A stretch of 64,000 bases of DNA from Bacilli bacterium. Its GTDB lineage: Bacteria > Bacillota_I > Bacilli_A > RFN20 > CAG-826. The notes beneath the pieces are model-generated. The model saw only the letters and a program-made list of their open reading frames with translations, ran no database searches and was not told the DNA's origin. Positions within the stretch are counted from its first letter, which is position 1. Each line of letters opens with the position of its first letter. The stretch is taken from NCBI GenBank assembly GCA_022641095.1, contig JALCDB010000004.1, positions 28,773 to 92,772 on the forward strand. Direction: 5' to 3'. Of this stretch, positions 11,176 to 21,342 are shown piece after piece. The position numbers and the translations under genes are program-made.

Positions 11176-13144
11176 TCTTCGCCCAAGCAAAAACGGGGTG
11201 AATATGGAAACCTTTTCCCGAAAGATGATGGCCCATACGACGGGCCGCCTCCTTAAGTACGTTTTCAAATACTATCCACGGCAATTCGCCCTCGTTCTAC
11301 TGTGCATCATAATCTCGAGCGCGACGGGGGCGGTCGGCTCCTTCTTCATCGGAACCGTTATCGTGGACTCCTATATTTCCCCAGCCGTCGAAGCGGGCTT
11401 GTCGAGTCTTGATTGGTTCGTGCCTTCGACCGGTATTTTCGCTGGCAAGCCCTTCTCGACCTGCATCGTGATCCTCATTTGCATCTACATAGCGGGTCTC
11501 ATCGCCACGTTTTTGTATAACATCATGATGGCGATCATCGGCCAAGGCGTTCAAAAACGGATCCGCGATGAGCTTTTTGACCATATGGAGACTCTGCCGA
11601 TCTCTTATTTCGATAGACGCGGGCATGGTGACATCATGTCGATTTACACCAACGACGTCGATGCTCTTCGCGAAATGCTTTCCCGGGCTCTCCCGATGAT
11701 GGCGAATTCCATCATGACGATGGTGGCTTGCTTTGTCATGATGATAATCACGGACATCGTTTTGAGTGCCGTCGTCGTTACTTTTGCCATCTTCATTTTT
11801 CTTATTTCCTCTTTCTACGCCAAGAAATCGGGCCGCTATTTCGTGAAGCAGCAGATTGAGCTTGGCAAAACGAATGGATATATCGAGGAAATGATCAATG
11901 GCCAAAGGGTCGTCAAAGTTTTCAACTACGAAACCCGCAACATTGAGGGGTTCGACAGCCACAACATGCGTCTTTTCCATTATTCCGTGAAAGCCAATCG
12001 CTTCGCCAACGTACTGATGCCAACCGTCAACCAAATTGGCAACCTTCAATACGCCCTGCTGGCTTTATTAGGCGGATATGCCGCCATCAACGGCATCAAT
12101 GGTTTCTCCGTGACCGGAGTTCATCCGCTCGATGTCGGACTTGTCGTTTCTTTTCTCATGTATAGCAAGGCTTTCACTCAACCGATCGGTCAGGTTTCGC
12201 AGCAGGTCAATCTCATCGCTCTCGCCTTGGCGGGCGCGACGCGTATTTTCGAGGTGATCGACGCCCCAAGCGAGACGGATGACGGCTACGTCGAACTCGT
12301 CAACGCCAGGGATGATGGAAGCGGCAAACCCGTCGAATGCCCAAACAGAACAGGCCGTTGGGCTTGGAAGCATCCTCACAAAAACGGAAGCGAAACCACC
12401 TATGTTTGGTTGCGCGGGAAGATTACGATCGATGACGTCGATTTCGCGTATGTCCCTGGCAGGACCGTCCTTCATCACATCACATTGTATGCTAAGCCGG
12501 GCCAGAAGGTCGCCTTTGTCGGCGCCACCGGAGCGGGTAAAACGACCATCACCAATTTACTGACCCGATTTTATGACATCGCAGACGGCAAAATTCGTTA
12601 TGACGATATCAATATCAACAAAATCAAAAAAGCCGATTTGCGGCGTTCGCTCGGAATGGTTCTTCAGGACAGCAAACTCTTTACCGGGACTGTTCGCGAC
12701 AATATTCGTTTCGGTAAACTCGATGCGACCGATGAAGAGATCGAGGAAGCTGCCAGACTCGCGAACGCGGATGCCTTCATTCGCAATCTGCCGCATGGTT
12801 ACGATACCGTCCTTGAGGCTGGCGGCGCTTCGCTTTCGCAAGGACAACGCCAACTCCTTTCCATCGCTCGATGCGCGGTTGCCGATCCTCCGGTCATGAT
12901 TCTCGACGAAGCCACGAGTTCCATCGATTCCAGGACCGAGAAGCTCGTTCAGCAAGGCATGGACGCCATCATGAAAGGGCGGACGGTCTTCGTCATCGCC
13001 CACCGTCTTAGCACGATTCAAAACGCTGATGTCATCATGGTTCTCGAACATGGAACCATAATCGAACGCGGCAGCCATGACGATTTGCTGAAACAAAAGG
13101 GTCGCTACTACCAACTCTTCACTGGCGGCAATGCTGTCGATTAA
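11162..13144 (+). CDS. ABC exporter, fused permease/ATPase (heterodimer subunit 2)
   Basis: 660 aa. A TM domain is followed by Walker A GATGAGKTT, signature LSQGQRQL and Walker B ILDEATS. It overlaps the upstream gene. An alternative start lies at 11204. Confidence 0.9.
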   Translation: MPRINLRPSKNGVNMETFSRKMMAHTTGRLLKYVFKYYPRQFALVLLCIIISSATGAVGSFFIGTVIVDSYISPAVEAGLSSLDWFVPSTGIFAGKPFSTCIVILICIYIAGLIATFLYNIMMAIIGQGVQKRIRDELFDHMETLPISYFDRRGHGDIMSIYTNDVDALREMLSRALPMMANSIMTMVACFVMMIITDIVLSAVVVTFAIFIFLISSFYAKKSGRYFVKQQIELGKTNGYIEEMINGQRVVKVFNYETRNIEGFDSHNMRLFHYSVKANRFANVLMPTVNQIGNLQYALLALLGGYAAINGINGFSVTGVHPLDVGLVVSFLMYSKAFTQPIGQVSQQVNLIALALAGATRIFEVIDAPSETDDGYVELVNARDDGSGKPVECPNRTGRWAWKHPHKNGSETTYVWLRGKITIDDVDFAYVPGRTVLHHITLYAKPGQKVAFVGATGAGKTTITNLLTRFYDIADGKIRYDDININKIKKADLRRSLGMVLQDSKLFTGTVRDNIRFGKLDATDEEIEEAARLANADAFIRNLPHGYDTVLEAGGASLSQGQRQLLSIARCAVADPPVMILDEATSSIDSRTEKLVQQGMDAIMKGRTVFVIAHRLSTIQNADVIMVLEHGTIIERGSHDDLLKQKGRYYQLFTGGNAVD

Positions 13145-13237
13145 CGATGTTCGTTAAGGCTTTTTGGCCTTCCGTCTCGTTTTTTGCCAATTTAAGAGAT
13201 AGACTATCAACGCGTCTTATGGCGTGAGGTGAAAACC

Positions 13238-14761
13238 ATGGAGAAAAAACAGCAAATGCCCACACAGGCTCCGTTGCTTAACGACCAAGAGCAAGCTCGT
13301 CGGGACAAACTCGCGAAATACGTCGAACTCGGAGTCGATCCTTTTGGCTCGCGTTACGAATGGAAAGACCAGATTCGCGACATTCGCGCCAAATATGGCA
13401 AAATGACTACCGATGAATTGTCGGCGGAACCCATAACCGTCAATGTTGCCGGTCGCTTAATGGCCATTCGCCGGATGGGCAAAGCTTCTTTCGTCAACCT
13501 CAAGGACGAATATGGCGCCATCCAGGCCTGGATTGGCATCAACGTCATTGGCGAACACGACTACGCTGTGTTCAAACTAGCCGATTTAGGCGACATCGTC
13601 GGACTCGAAGGAACCCTTATGGTCACCCGTACTGGCGAACTCACGATCCGAGTCGTTAAATACACCCATATCACCAAATGCCTGAAGCCTCTTCCGGAGA
13701 AATTCCATGGGCTTATCGATACCGAGGACCGCTATCGGAAACGTTACCTTGATCTTATCGTCAACGATGACTCCAGAAGAGTCGCTTTGATGCGCCCGCG
13801 GATTATCCGTGGTATCCAGAAATATTGCGATGAACTCGGATTCGTGGAGGTCGAAACGTCCATTTTCTCTCCGATTCTCGGCGGCGCTTCCGCGAAGCCC
13901 TTCATCACGCACTTCAACGCGCTTGACAAGGATTTCTATCTTCGCATCGCGACTGAGCTGAATCTCAAGAAATGCATGGTCGGCGGAATTGACCGCGTAT
14001 ATGAGATCGGACGCATTTTCCGCAACGAAGGAATAGACGCCAGACACAATCCGGAATTCACCACCATCGAGCTTTATCAGGCTTATGGGGACCTTTCCGA
14101 CATGCGAAAATGGTTTGAAGGTCTCTTTCGTTTTATCGCTAAGCAAGTCGTGGGAAAGAGCGTTTTCAAATTTGCGGGACACGAGATCGATATTTCAAAG
14201 CCGTTCGCTTGGATCGACCAAGCCGAAGCGATTAAGGAAAAAACCGGCGTCGATTTCAAAAAACAAATGGGCTTCGAAGAGGCGGTGGCTTTAGCCAAGC
14301 GATTCAAAGTGCCACTAGAGAAAAGTTGGAACAGCGTCGGTTACATTCAACAGGCTTTCTTCGACGCCTTCGTCGAAGGAACGTTGATTCAACCGACGTT
14401 CATTCACACTTATCCGATCGAGGTTTCCCCGCTTACAAAAAAGACCGCGGACCCTCGCTTTGTCGATCGTTTTGAGCTTTTTATCGCTGGATGCGAGTTC
14501 GGAAACGCCTACACCGAACTCAACAACCCGTTTGATCAAAAAGAGCGTTTCGAAGCTCAACTAGCCGCCAGGGAAAGAGGCGACGACGAGGCTAACGAGA
14601 TGGATGCCTCCTTCTTGGATGCCCTTAGTTACGGCATGCCGCCAGCCGGCGGCATCGGAGTCGGGGTCGATCGTTTCACCATGCTGTTCACGGAATCGGA
14701 CAATATCCGCGAAGTCTTGCTTTTCCCCACAATGAAAGACGATAAGCAAAATCCAAACTGA
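13238..14761 (+). CDS. lysS: lysine--tRNA ligase (class II)
   Basis: The sequence matches a class II LysRS throughout (RYRKRYLDLI, FRNEGID..HNPEFT, GGIGVGVDR). ATG 13238 has the RBS gaggtga 5 nt upstream. The ORF track starts at GTG 13229. Confidence 0.95.
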   Translation: MEKKQQMPTQAPLLNDQEQARRDKLAKYVELGVDPFGSRYEWKDQIRDIRAKYGKMTTDELSAEPITVNVAGRLMAIRRMGKASFVNLKDEYGAIQAWIGINVIGEHDYAVFKLADLGDIVGLEGTLMVTRTGELTIRVVKYTHITKCLKPLPEKFHGLIDTEDRYRKRYLDLIVNDDSRRVALMRPRIIRGIQKYCDELGFVEVETSIFSPILGGASAKPFITHFNALDKDFYLRIATELNLKKCMVGGIDRVYEIGRIFRNEGIDARHNPEFTTIELYQAYGDLSDMRKWFEGLFRFIAKQVVGKSVFKFAGHEIDISKPFAWIDQAEAIKEKTGVDFKKQMGFEEAVALAKRFKVPLEKSWNSVGYIQQAFFDAFVEGTLIQPTFIHTYPIEVSPLTKKTADPRFVDRFELFIAGCEFGNAYTELNNPFDQKERFEAQLAARERGDDEANEMDASFLDALSYGMPPAGGIGVGVDRFTMLFTESDNIREVLLFPTMKDDKQNPN

Positions 14762-14834
14762 AATTCGTATCATTTGGGCTGGTTTTCGGCAAATCTTTGG
14801 TCCTTTTTAAGGTTTCGAGGCTATATATGATTGA

Positions 14835-14854
14835 GGGGCACTTTCAAATGCCCC
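14835..14854 (+). terminator. hairpin downstream of lysS
   Basis: The hairpin is ggggca-ctttcaaa-tgcccc, and only a weak T tract follows. Confidence 0.45.
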
Positions 14855-14906
14855 TTCGCATTGAGGCTAACGCCTAAGGCCCCAAGTGGCGGAGCCGAGT
14901 TTCTTC

Positions 14907-14935
14907 ATTGCGCTTGCTGGGTTCTCATAATATAA
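14907..14935 (+). promoter_or_regulatory. candidate promoter of the rpsF-ssb-rpsR operon
   Basis: TTGCGC, a 17-nt spacer, then TATAAT. It leaves a roughly 95-nt leader before the rpsF ATG. Confidence 0.5.
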
Positions 14936-15033
14936 TTATGGCCGCCTCAAATGAAGGATTTGGGGCCACATACTCTTATGGTCGCACGCTTATGCGAGGC
15001 GATCCTAAGTCCAAAAATAGGAGGTGCAAGCGA

Positions 15034-15321
15034 ATGAAGAAGTACGAGATCATGTACATTCTTAAGGCCGATCTCGAAGAGACCGCCCGCAAGGATGAGA
15101 TCAGTAAGCTCCAAGGGATCCTTGAATCCAACAAAGCCAAGGTTACCAATGTCAACGAATGGGGCGTCAAAGATTTCGCTTACGAGATTAAGGGTGCCAA
15201 GAAAGGCTACTATGTCGTGCTCAAAGTGAGCGCTGACACGGAAGCCCTCAAGGAATTCTCGCGTCTCGCTAAGCTCGATCAAAACGTCATCCGTCACTTG
15301 ATCACTGTTGACCAAGACTAA
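15034..15321 (+). CDS. rpsF: 30S ribosomal protein S6
   Basis: The sequence MKKYEIMYILKADLEE... matches S6 and the RBS aggagg is upstream. The upstream part of ORF 14908..15321 is treated as non-coding. Confidence 0.93.
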   Translation: MKKYEIMYILKADLEETARKDEISKLQGILESNKAKVTNVNEWGVKDFAYEIKGAKKGYYVVLKVSADTEALKEFSRLAKLDQNVIRHLITVDQD

Positions 15322-15347
15322 CAGCAAGGCGATGGAGGTCATTTCAA

Positions 15348-15809
15348 ATGATTAATCGAGTAGTTCTTGTCGGTCGTCTAACCCGTGATCCGGAACTGCG
15401 CAGAACCGCGTCCGGACTTGCAGTCGCTTCCTTCACGATTGCCGTCGACGATTCCCGCAAAGGGCCTAATGGCGAAAAGCAAACCATCTTCATGCCGGTT
15501 TCCGTTTTCGGAAACGCCGGCGAGAATGTGGCTAAGTACACTCGCAAAGGTTCGCTTGTTGGCGTCGAAGGTCGCTTAACGCAACGCAAATATGTCCGTC
15601 GGACGGACAACGTGCAGGTCACTTCGACCGAAATCGTTGCCGATGGGGTTGAATTCCTCGAACCGAAAGGCACAAGCGCCGCGAGCGGTAACAATGGTTA
15701 TACTCCTGATAAGCCGGCCCCAGAAGCTCCCGCTTCTCAGGTGCAGCCAAAGCAGGAAGGCAAGAATCTGGATTCGATTGATGTCGTTGATGATGATCTT
15801 CCGTTCTAA
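15348..15809 (+). CDS. ssb: single-stranded DNA-binding protein
   Basis: The OB-fold N-terminus [18 protein letters not shown] is present, followed by a Gly/Pro/Gln-rich linker and the acidic tip DDDLPF. Confidence 0.95.
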   Translation: MINRVVLVGRLTRDPELRRTASGLAVASFTIAVDDSRKGPNGEKQTIFMPVSVFGNAGENVAKYTRKGSLVGVEGRLTQRKYVRRTDNVQVTSTEIVADGVEFLEPKGTSAASGNNGYTPDKPAPEAPASQVQPKQEGKNLDSIDVVDDDLPF

Positions 15810-15829
15810 CAAAGAAAGGATTCAATATC

Positions 15830-16057
15830 ATGTACAAGAAAATGAGATCTCGGAGAAAAGTCTGCTTCTTCAAAAAGAACCACATCAAATATGTGGACTA
15901 CAAAGACTTTGAGTTACTCTCCAGATTCATTAATCCGGATGGCAAAATCTCGCCACGCAGCGCGACTGGAACCTCTGCCAAGTATCAACGTGAATTAGCC
16001 CGTGCGGTTAAGAACGCCAGATATATGGGCATGCTTCCCTATCCCGGACAGCGTTAA
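15830..16057 (+). CDS. rpsR: 30S ribosomal protein S18
   Basis: 75 aa. The motifs [13 protein letters not shown] and [15 protein letters not shown] match S18. Confidence 0.95.
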   Translation: MYKKMRSRRKVCFFKKNHIKYVDYKDFELLSRFINPDGKISPRSATGTSAKYQRELARAVKNARYMGMLPYPGQR

Positions 16058-16075
16058 TTATCATATCTCGAGAGC

Positions 16076-16103
16076 AAAGGAGCGGGCAACCGCTCCTTTT
16101 GTT
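16076..16103 (+). terminator. rho-independent terminator after rpsR
   Basis: The stem ggagcgg-gcaa-ccgctcc is followed by ttttgttgtt. Confidence 0.8.
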
Positions 16104-16613
16104 GTTCATAAAGCACGACGGCTTAAAAACTAAAATTTAGGCCCAATGTTCTTTTGCGACGTTTTTGGGTTCTGTGAATTACACAATTTTGCCTTCTCAA
16201 GGCGAAAAGAGCATCTGAAAAAGCGAGATGCAAAAATGTGGAATTTGTTTTAAAAGGTCATTATTCCATCTAGGTTTTGCCATATTATAAAATCGTCTCT
16301 AGCCATTAAAATGCAAAAAAATTAAAAGGACATGGCGACGTTTTCGTTAAAAATCCCTTCATAACTCATCGCGAATTGTTTATTTATGCCTTTTAGCGAT
16401 CTTTTATTTGAATAAAATGTTGGGACTTTGCAAAATGACCCCTTAAATAACACGCAAAACCCATTTGCATTGCGCACGCCCGCATTATGCGTGCAAGACT
16501 GTTTTTCTTATGTGGTAAAATATTAGTCATTCGATGAACGATAAATCATTTACGCTCTTCGAATATAGGGTCGGCTTTGGCTTCTTAGAATGCCTTGCCG
16601 ATATTGAGACGCA

Positions 16614-19028
16614 GTGGTTAAAGACACTAAATTCAACAAAAACCAATTGATGGTGTTGGGCATGGTTTTGGCCTTAGCCGTTGCTTTCGTTGTCCTTTGG
16701 TCAGTTATCAAAAGCGCGTTTTTGATTTATGGGCTGGCTTTTCTCGCCGCGTTCGTAATCGTTACGCTTCTTCTTGTTTTCGTTCCGCCTTTGTTCAAAG
16801 ACAGTCCTGTCAAAAAGCACAAGTGGAAATTAGTTAATCGTCTTTGCCAATATTTCTCTTCAAAAGAAACGAAGCGGGCTTTCTTCCGACAAGTGTTAGT
16901 GATCCTTCTCAACGTCTTCTTTATCGTTTGCTTCCTTTGGGGTCATGACTATCTTGAAGGGGTTGAAAAACTGACCAGTGATTTTATGTCTCCTTTTTCC
17001 GTTGCTATGGCAGCGCTTCTCAATTGTTGGAACGTTGCGGCCGTCATGCTTGTGATCGTGGCCCAATTCTTGCGCTCGGACGCAATGAGGGGGTGCGTTA
17101 AGTGGATCGCCTCCCCGATTTTGCTTCTTGAGGTTGCGTTTCTTCCATTTTGCCTCGAAGGTTATGGCGGCGATATCTTCGCCGAAGGCTTTGCGATCCG
17201 CTGCCTTCTCATCTCAGTTCAGATTGGCGTTTCGTTCTCGTTTGCCACTGAACAATGGTTTATCAACCCATCCCCGAAAATATCCAAGGGTCTTTCCCAT
17301 ATCATCCTCGTGGCATTGACTTTGATCCTTTTGTCGACCATTAATTGCTATTTGCCCAAAAACCTTTTTGGTTCGGTTATCGCCGGAACCACTTCCGTGG
17401 ATAAATTCACCCCATTTCACCGCTATTTCCTTTATACGGCTTTCATTTTGCCAATGCTGTATTACTACATAATCTATCCTTTCGATCTCAATCATCGCCG
17501 GGCTCTTCTCTTCATTCTTTCCAGCTGCGCCTTATTCTCTTACGCCGCGACATCGCGTATCGAGGTCTGGACATCTTTAAACAGAATGCCGCTGCACATT
17601 TGCAACACGGCAATGTACATAATGCCACTCACTTTGGGACTAAAGGCCACCAAACTTTTCTATTTCACGATCTTCATCAACGTCATAGGCGCTTTCTTCG
17701 CCATGCTCATGCCGAATTATGACTACGTTCCGATCTTCACCAATCGCATCATTCAATTTTGGACTAACCATTGGTATGCCTTCTTCATGCCGGTTCTCGT
17801 TCTTCTGCTTCGCATCTTCCCTCGACCGAAGATGAAGCATTTTGGCTATTCGATGATCGCTTTTCTCGTTTATTTCCTTTTCGTTTGGTCCGTGAATACT
17901 TATTACACCGTCACCGGCATCGATCCCGACATCAACATTTTTTTCCTCAACACGGATTGGATGGCGGACAAACTTGGCGAATGGGCTGAGAGAATATTCA
18001 ACGCCGATGTCGTTTTTAGGGCTGGAGGGTACACTTGGACCATCAGGCCTCTATATATTTCCATGTTCTATCTCGTTTACGTCGTTTTGGCTTTTGCGAT
18101 GTGGTTCGTTTATGAATTGCTCTTCAAAGTCGTGGATAGCCTCGATTGCATCCGCGATCGGAGCATTGCCTATCGCGCCGAGTCGTTAGAGTTCGCCAAA
18201 CTTCAGGAATCAAGGAGGGTTTGCCCAATGGAAAACGATGAGGGGAACGATCATTCGCCCCATTTGACGATTAAGCATTTCGCCAAGCGCTACGGAAGTG
18301 CCAGTCATAATGCCGTCGATGATTTCAGCATCGATTTAAGTGGTGGCAAGATTTATGGGTTCTTAGGAAAAAACGGCGCAGGCAAATCCACCATCATAAA
18401 AGCCATCGTTGGGATGCACGGCTTCAACGCCGGCTCCATCTCCGTCTGTGGCTATGATGTCGTTCACGAGTCGGTGAAAGCCAAAGAACAAATTGGCTTC
18501 GTTCCTGACAATTACGCTCTTTACGAAAACCTCACGGGACGCGAATATATTAACTACGTTTCGGACATTTATGGCGTGAGCAAGGAAGATCGCGAGAAGA
18601 GGATCGCCGATCTTTTGAAACGTTTGGAAATGACCGATCATTTCGATTCGCAGATGAAGACCTATTCTCACGGCATGAAACAGAAGATCACCATTATGGG
18701 CGCCCTGGTCCACGATCCGAAACTTTGGATTCTCGATGAGCCGATGACGGGCGTCGACCCCAATTCGATTTTTCAAATCAAGGAATGCATGCGCGATCAC
18801 GCTAAGCGTGGCAACATCGTTTTCTTCTCAAGCCACCTTATCGACGTCGTGCAGAACCTCTGCGACGAAATCATCATAATCAAGCACGGTCAACTCGTTA
18901 TGACCTCCATGATGACGGATTTGCAGAAGAAGGGCATCAACTTAGAGACCCTCTTCCTTGAGAAGACCGCCGATTCCGAATCCGAGGTCAAAACCCTTCT
19001 TCACGAAGAAAAGAAGTTTCAGAAATAA
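16614..19028 (+). CDS. polytopic membrane domain (about 530 aa) fused to a C-terminal ABC ATPase
   Basis: 804 aa. The first roughly 530 aa hold many hydrophobic helices, including an LHICNTAMYIMPL segment. The C-terminus has Walker A GKNGAGKST, the atypical signature YSHGMKQK and Walker B ILDEP. The start is GTG and is uncertain. Confidence 0.7.
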   Translation: MVKDTKFNKNQLMVLGMVLALAVAFVVLWSVIKSAFLIYGLAFLAAFVIVTLLLVFVPPLFKDSPVKKHKWKLVNRLCQYFSSKETKRAFFRQVLVILLNVFFIVCFLWGHDYLEGVEKLTSDFMSPFSVAMAALLNCWNVAAVMLVIVAQFLRSDAMRGCVKWIASPILLLEVAFLPFCLEGYGGDIFAEGFAIRCLLISVQIGVSFSFATEQWFINPSPKISKGLSHIILVALTLILLSTINCYLPKNLFGSVIAGTTSVDKFTPFHRYFLYTAFILPMLYYYIIYPFDLNHRRALLFILSSCALFSYAATSRIEVWTSLNRMPLHICNTAMYIMPLTLGLKATKLFYFTIFINVIGAFFAMLMPNYDYVPIFTNRIIQFWTNHWYAFFMPVLVLLLRIFPRPKMKHFGYSMIAFLVYFLFVWSVNTYYTVTGIDPDINIFFLNTDWMADKLGEWAERIFNADVVFRAGGYTWTIRPLYISMFYLVYVVLAFAMWFVYELLFKVVDSLDCIRDRSIAYRAESLEFAKLQESRRVCPMENDEGNDHSPHLTIKHFAKRYGSASHNAVDDFSIDLSGGKIYGFLGKNGAGKSTIIKAIVGMHGFNAGSISVCGYDVVHESVKAKEQIGFVPDNYALYENLTGREYINYVSDIYGVSKEDREKRIADLLKRLEMTDHFDSQMKTYSHGMKQKITIMGALVHDPKLWILDEPMTGVDPNSIFQIKECMRDHAKRGNIVFFSSHLIDVVQNLCDEIIIIKHGQLVMTSMMTDLQKKGINLETLFLEKTADSESEVKTLLHEEKKFQK

Positions 19029-19030
19029 CC

Positions 19031-20761
19031 ATGGAGCTTTCTCTCGCCCAAAAACAGATTAAAAAAGAGGAAAGAAAACGCGAATGCGCTGGTTTCTTTT
19101 CGCTTGTTCACATGCTTTTGAGCGATCGGATGAAGCTTTCCTTCAAGAGCAAGCCTAAGGATTCGATCCTTCGCTTGGTGCTTTCCGTTGTTCTCTTTGC
19201 CGCCCTCACGGCCATTTGCTATGGCATCTATTTCGTTTTTGGGACTTTCCACATCTTCAGTTTGCTGGGCTACACACCGCTCGAAGTGCCGTCCATTATC
19301 ACGAATATTGTGCTGGCTCTCACTTTCTTAGGAGCCATTTTCGGCCTTGTGAAAATGCTTTATCTCAGTCCCGACAATCGACTTATGATCACCTATCCGC
19401 TTCAGAATAGAACCATCTTCGCCGCCCGTATGTCGGTTTATTTCATTTCCGAATACGTGCGGGTTCTCACCACTGTTGGGCCGATTCTCCTGGCCTTCCT
19501 TTTGGGGCAAGGCTTCCCTTGGTACATGTGCCTATGGCTTTTCTTGGCTTTGCTCATTTTCACGATAGCGATAACTTTGGCCGCTGCGGCGCTATCCATT
19601 CCTGGATATTTCGTGGTTATATTTCTCAAGAAAAACAGCCTGGTGGCCTCCGTTTTCTACATTCTCATTTTCGCTGGGTTCATTGGCGTCGTGAGCTGGT
19701 TCATGAGCCTCATTCCGAACGAAATTGACATCTTTACCAATTGGGGCCCGTATTTCACGAAGCTTCAGTCAGGGCTCCATTGGTATCGTTCCAATATGGC
19801 AGCTTTCTATGATCTCACGGCATTCTTAACCGGCGATTTCGATGGTTTTCACGTTACCCCGTTCCCCTTATCTTCGCTCTACGTTCTTTTGACGCTTCTT
19901 GGAACCATCGCGGTTTTTGGCTTTTTGGCTTATTCGGTCGTCAACTCGATGTATCTCAGATTGGCTAGCCAGTCTTTTGAATTTGAGAACGACAAAGCCT
20001 TCTCCCGCCATCACAACCGCCCCCGAAAATGGTTTTTCGCCCAGATGGCCAAGGAAACGGTTCTCGTCGCCAAAAACCCCTCTTCCCTCATGTCAACGTT
20101 TGGCATTTTCGTGTTTTTGCCGATTCTTATCGCGCTTATGAACAAGATTTTCGGCGCGATGAGCACAAACACGCGTGGCAACCTCCTTATAAGCTGCGCG
20201 AACGTCCTCATTATCATGCTGGTTTCCCTTAACACCAATTCAGGGGTGGCGACAGCCTATAGCGAGGAAGGCCGAGCCTTCTCGCTTGATCGAGTCTACC
20301 CACGTCATCAAGGGGCCATTTTGACCTCAAAGCTTGTCATCCCAGCCCTTATCGGAGCCGTTTCTATCATCGTTTCTTGTTTGGCTTATGGAGACATAAA
20401 CGTTGGCAAAACGGATATTTATGGAAACGTTTGGACGGAGTTTGCCTATATACCGTTACTGGCAATCGGTCTCATCGCTTTCTATTTTGGGCACATGCTT
20501 TTCGCGGCCGGGCTTGATTTCACGGCTTCGGGGCGAAATTTCGCCGCCAAAACCGGCGAATCGAAAAATGAGCGGATTGTTTTTGCCACATCTTTTGTCC
20601 TTTCGGTTTTCGAAGTTCTCATTTTTTACATGATGCTGCAGGATTCCAGCAGCCGGTTCGCCGCCTATCTCAAGCTTATGTTGATTGGTATAGGCTTTTT
20701 GGCTCTCAACGTCGTCCTTTATCTCAAGAAGATCAAATACGTTTACAAGGAGGGCGACTGA
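19031..20761 (+). CDS. polytopic membrane protein, putative ABC-exporter permease partner
   Basis: 576 aa with at least 10 hydrophobic segments. It starts 3 nt after the ATPase-fusion gene. Confidence 0.6.
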   Translation: MELSLAQKQIKKEERKRECAGFFSLVHMLLSDRMKLSFKSKPKDSILRLVLSVVLFAALTAICYGIYFVFGTFHIFSLLGYTPLEVPSIITNIVLALTFLGAIFGLVKMLYLSPDNRLMITYPLQNRTIFAARMSVYFISEYVRVLTTVGPILLAFLLGQGFPWYMCLWLFLALLIFTIAITLAAAALSIPGYFVVIFLKKNSLVASVFYILIFAGFIGVVSWFMSLIPNEIDIFTNWGPYFTKLQSGLHWYRSNMAAFYDLTAFLTGDFDGFHVTPFPLSSLYVLLTLLGTIAVFGFLAYSVVNSMYLRLASQSFEFENDKAFSRHHNRPRKWFFAQMAKETVLVAKNPSSLMSTFGIFVFLPILIALMNKIFGAMSTNTRGNLLISCANVLIIMLVSLNTNSGVATAYSEEGRAFSLDRVYPRHQGAILTSKLVIPALIGAVSIIVSCLAYGDINVGKTDIYGNVWTEFAYIPLLAIGLIAFYFGHMLFAAGLDFTASGRNFAAKTGESKNERIVFATSFVLSVFEVLIFYMMLQDSSSRFAAYLKLMLIGIGFLALNVVLYLKKIKYVYKEGD

Positions 20762-20762
20762 C

Positions 20763-21278
20763 ATGAGGAAAATCGTCAATATCCTTGTCATGGTTATCGC
20801 CATGGTGGCCATTGTCATCGTGGCTATGTTCGGCGTTAGCGAAGCGGGCAATGAGAACTTCTATATCGATAGCCTCACCATAACGAACATGAGCGGCAAC
20901 GCTTTGGACTCCAATTCCGTCATTCAGGAAGGCTGGCCCGACAAGAAAATCCGCCTCACCTTCGATAAGCAAGGCGAGGATGATGAAGGCAACCCCGTCA
21001 TGGCCTATCTTTTCAACGTTTCGATTTTGCCCGAGATCGCCCAAGGCAATGCCGTGCGTTGGGACATGGCCGGCGACGAAGGCATGTTCTCCGTTCCTGA
21101 GGCGGGCACCGGACGTCTCATCGTCACCGAAACGGAATCGCATCCGGATTACGGTTGGTGCATCCTTTCGTGCAAGGCTAACGATGGTGGAACCAGCGCT
21201 GGCAATCACGACAGCGTGTTCATATTGGTTGGTTTTTCGTCAACCGAAGGAGGTGAATCGTCATCCAGCGAAGCATAG
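20763..21278 (+). CDS. N-terminally anchored extracytoplasmic protein with Ser/Gly/Glu-rich tail
   Basis: 171 aa. The TM helix ILVMVIAMVAIVIVAMFGV is followed by a soluble beta-rich domain. The gene starts 2 nt after the upstream stop. Confidence 0.55.
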   Translation: MRKIVNILVMVIAMVAIVIVAMFGVSEAGNENFYIDSLTITNMSGNALDSNSVIQEGWPDKKIRLTFDKQGEDDEGNPVMAYLFNVSILPEIAQGNAVRWDMAGDEGMFSVPEAGTGRLIVTETESHPDYGWCILSCKANDGGTSAGNHDSVFILVGFSSTEGGESSSSEA

Positions 21279-21342
21279 AGAAAACCACAAAGCAATTTTC
21301 CGGATCGATCCGGAGTCGTTTCGATAACATAGAAAGGAAAAA

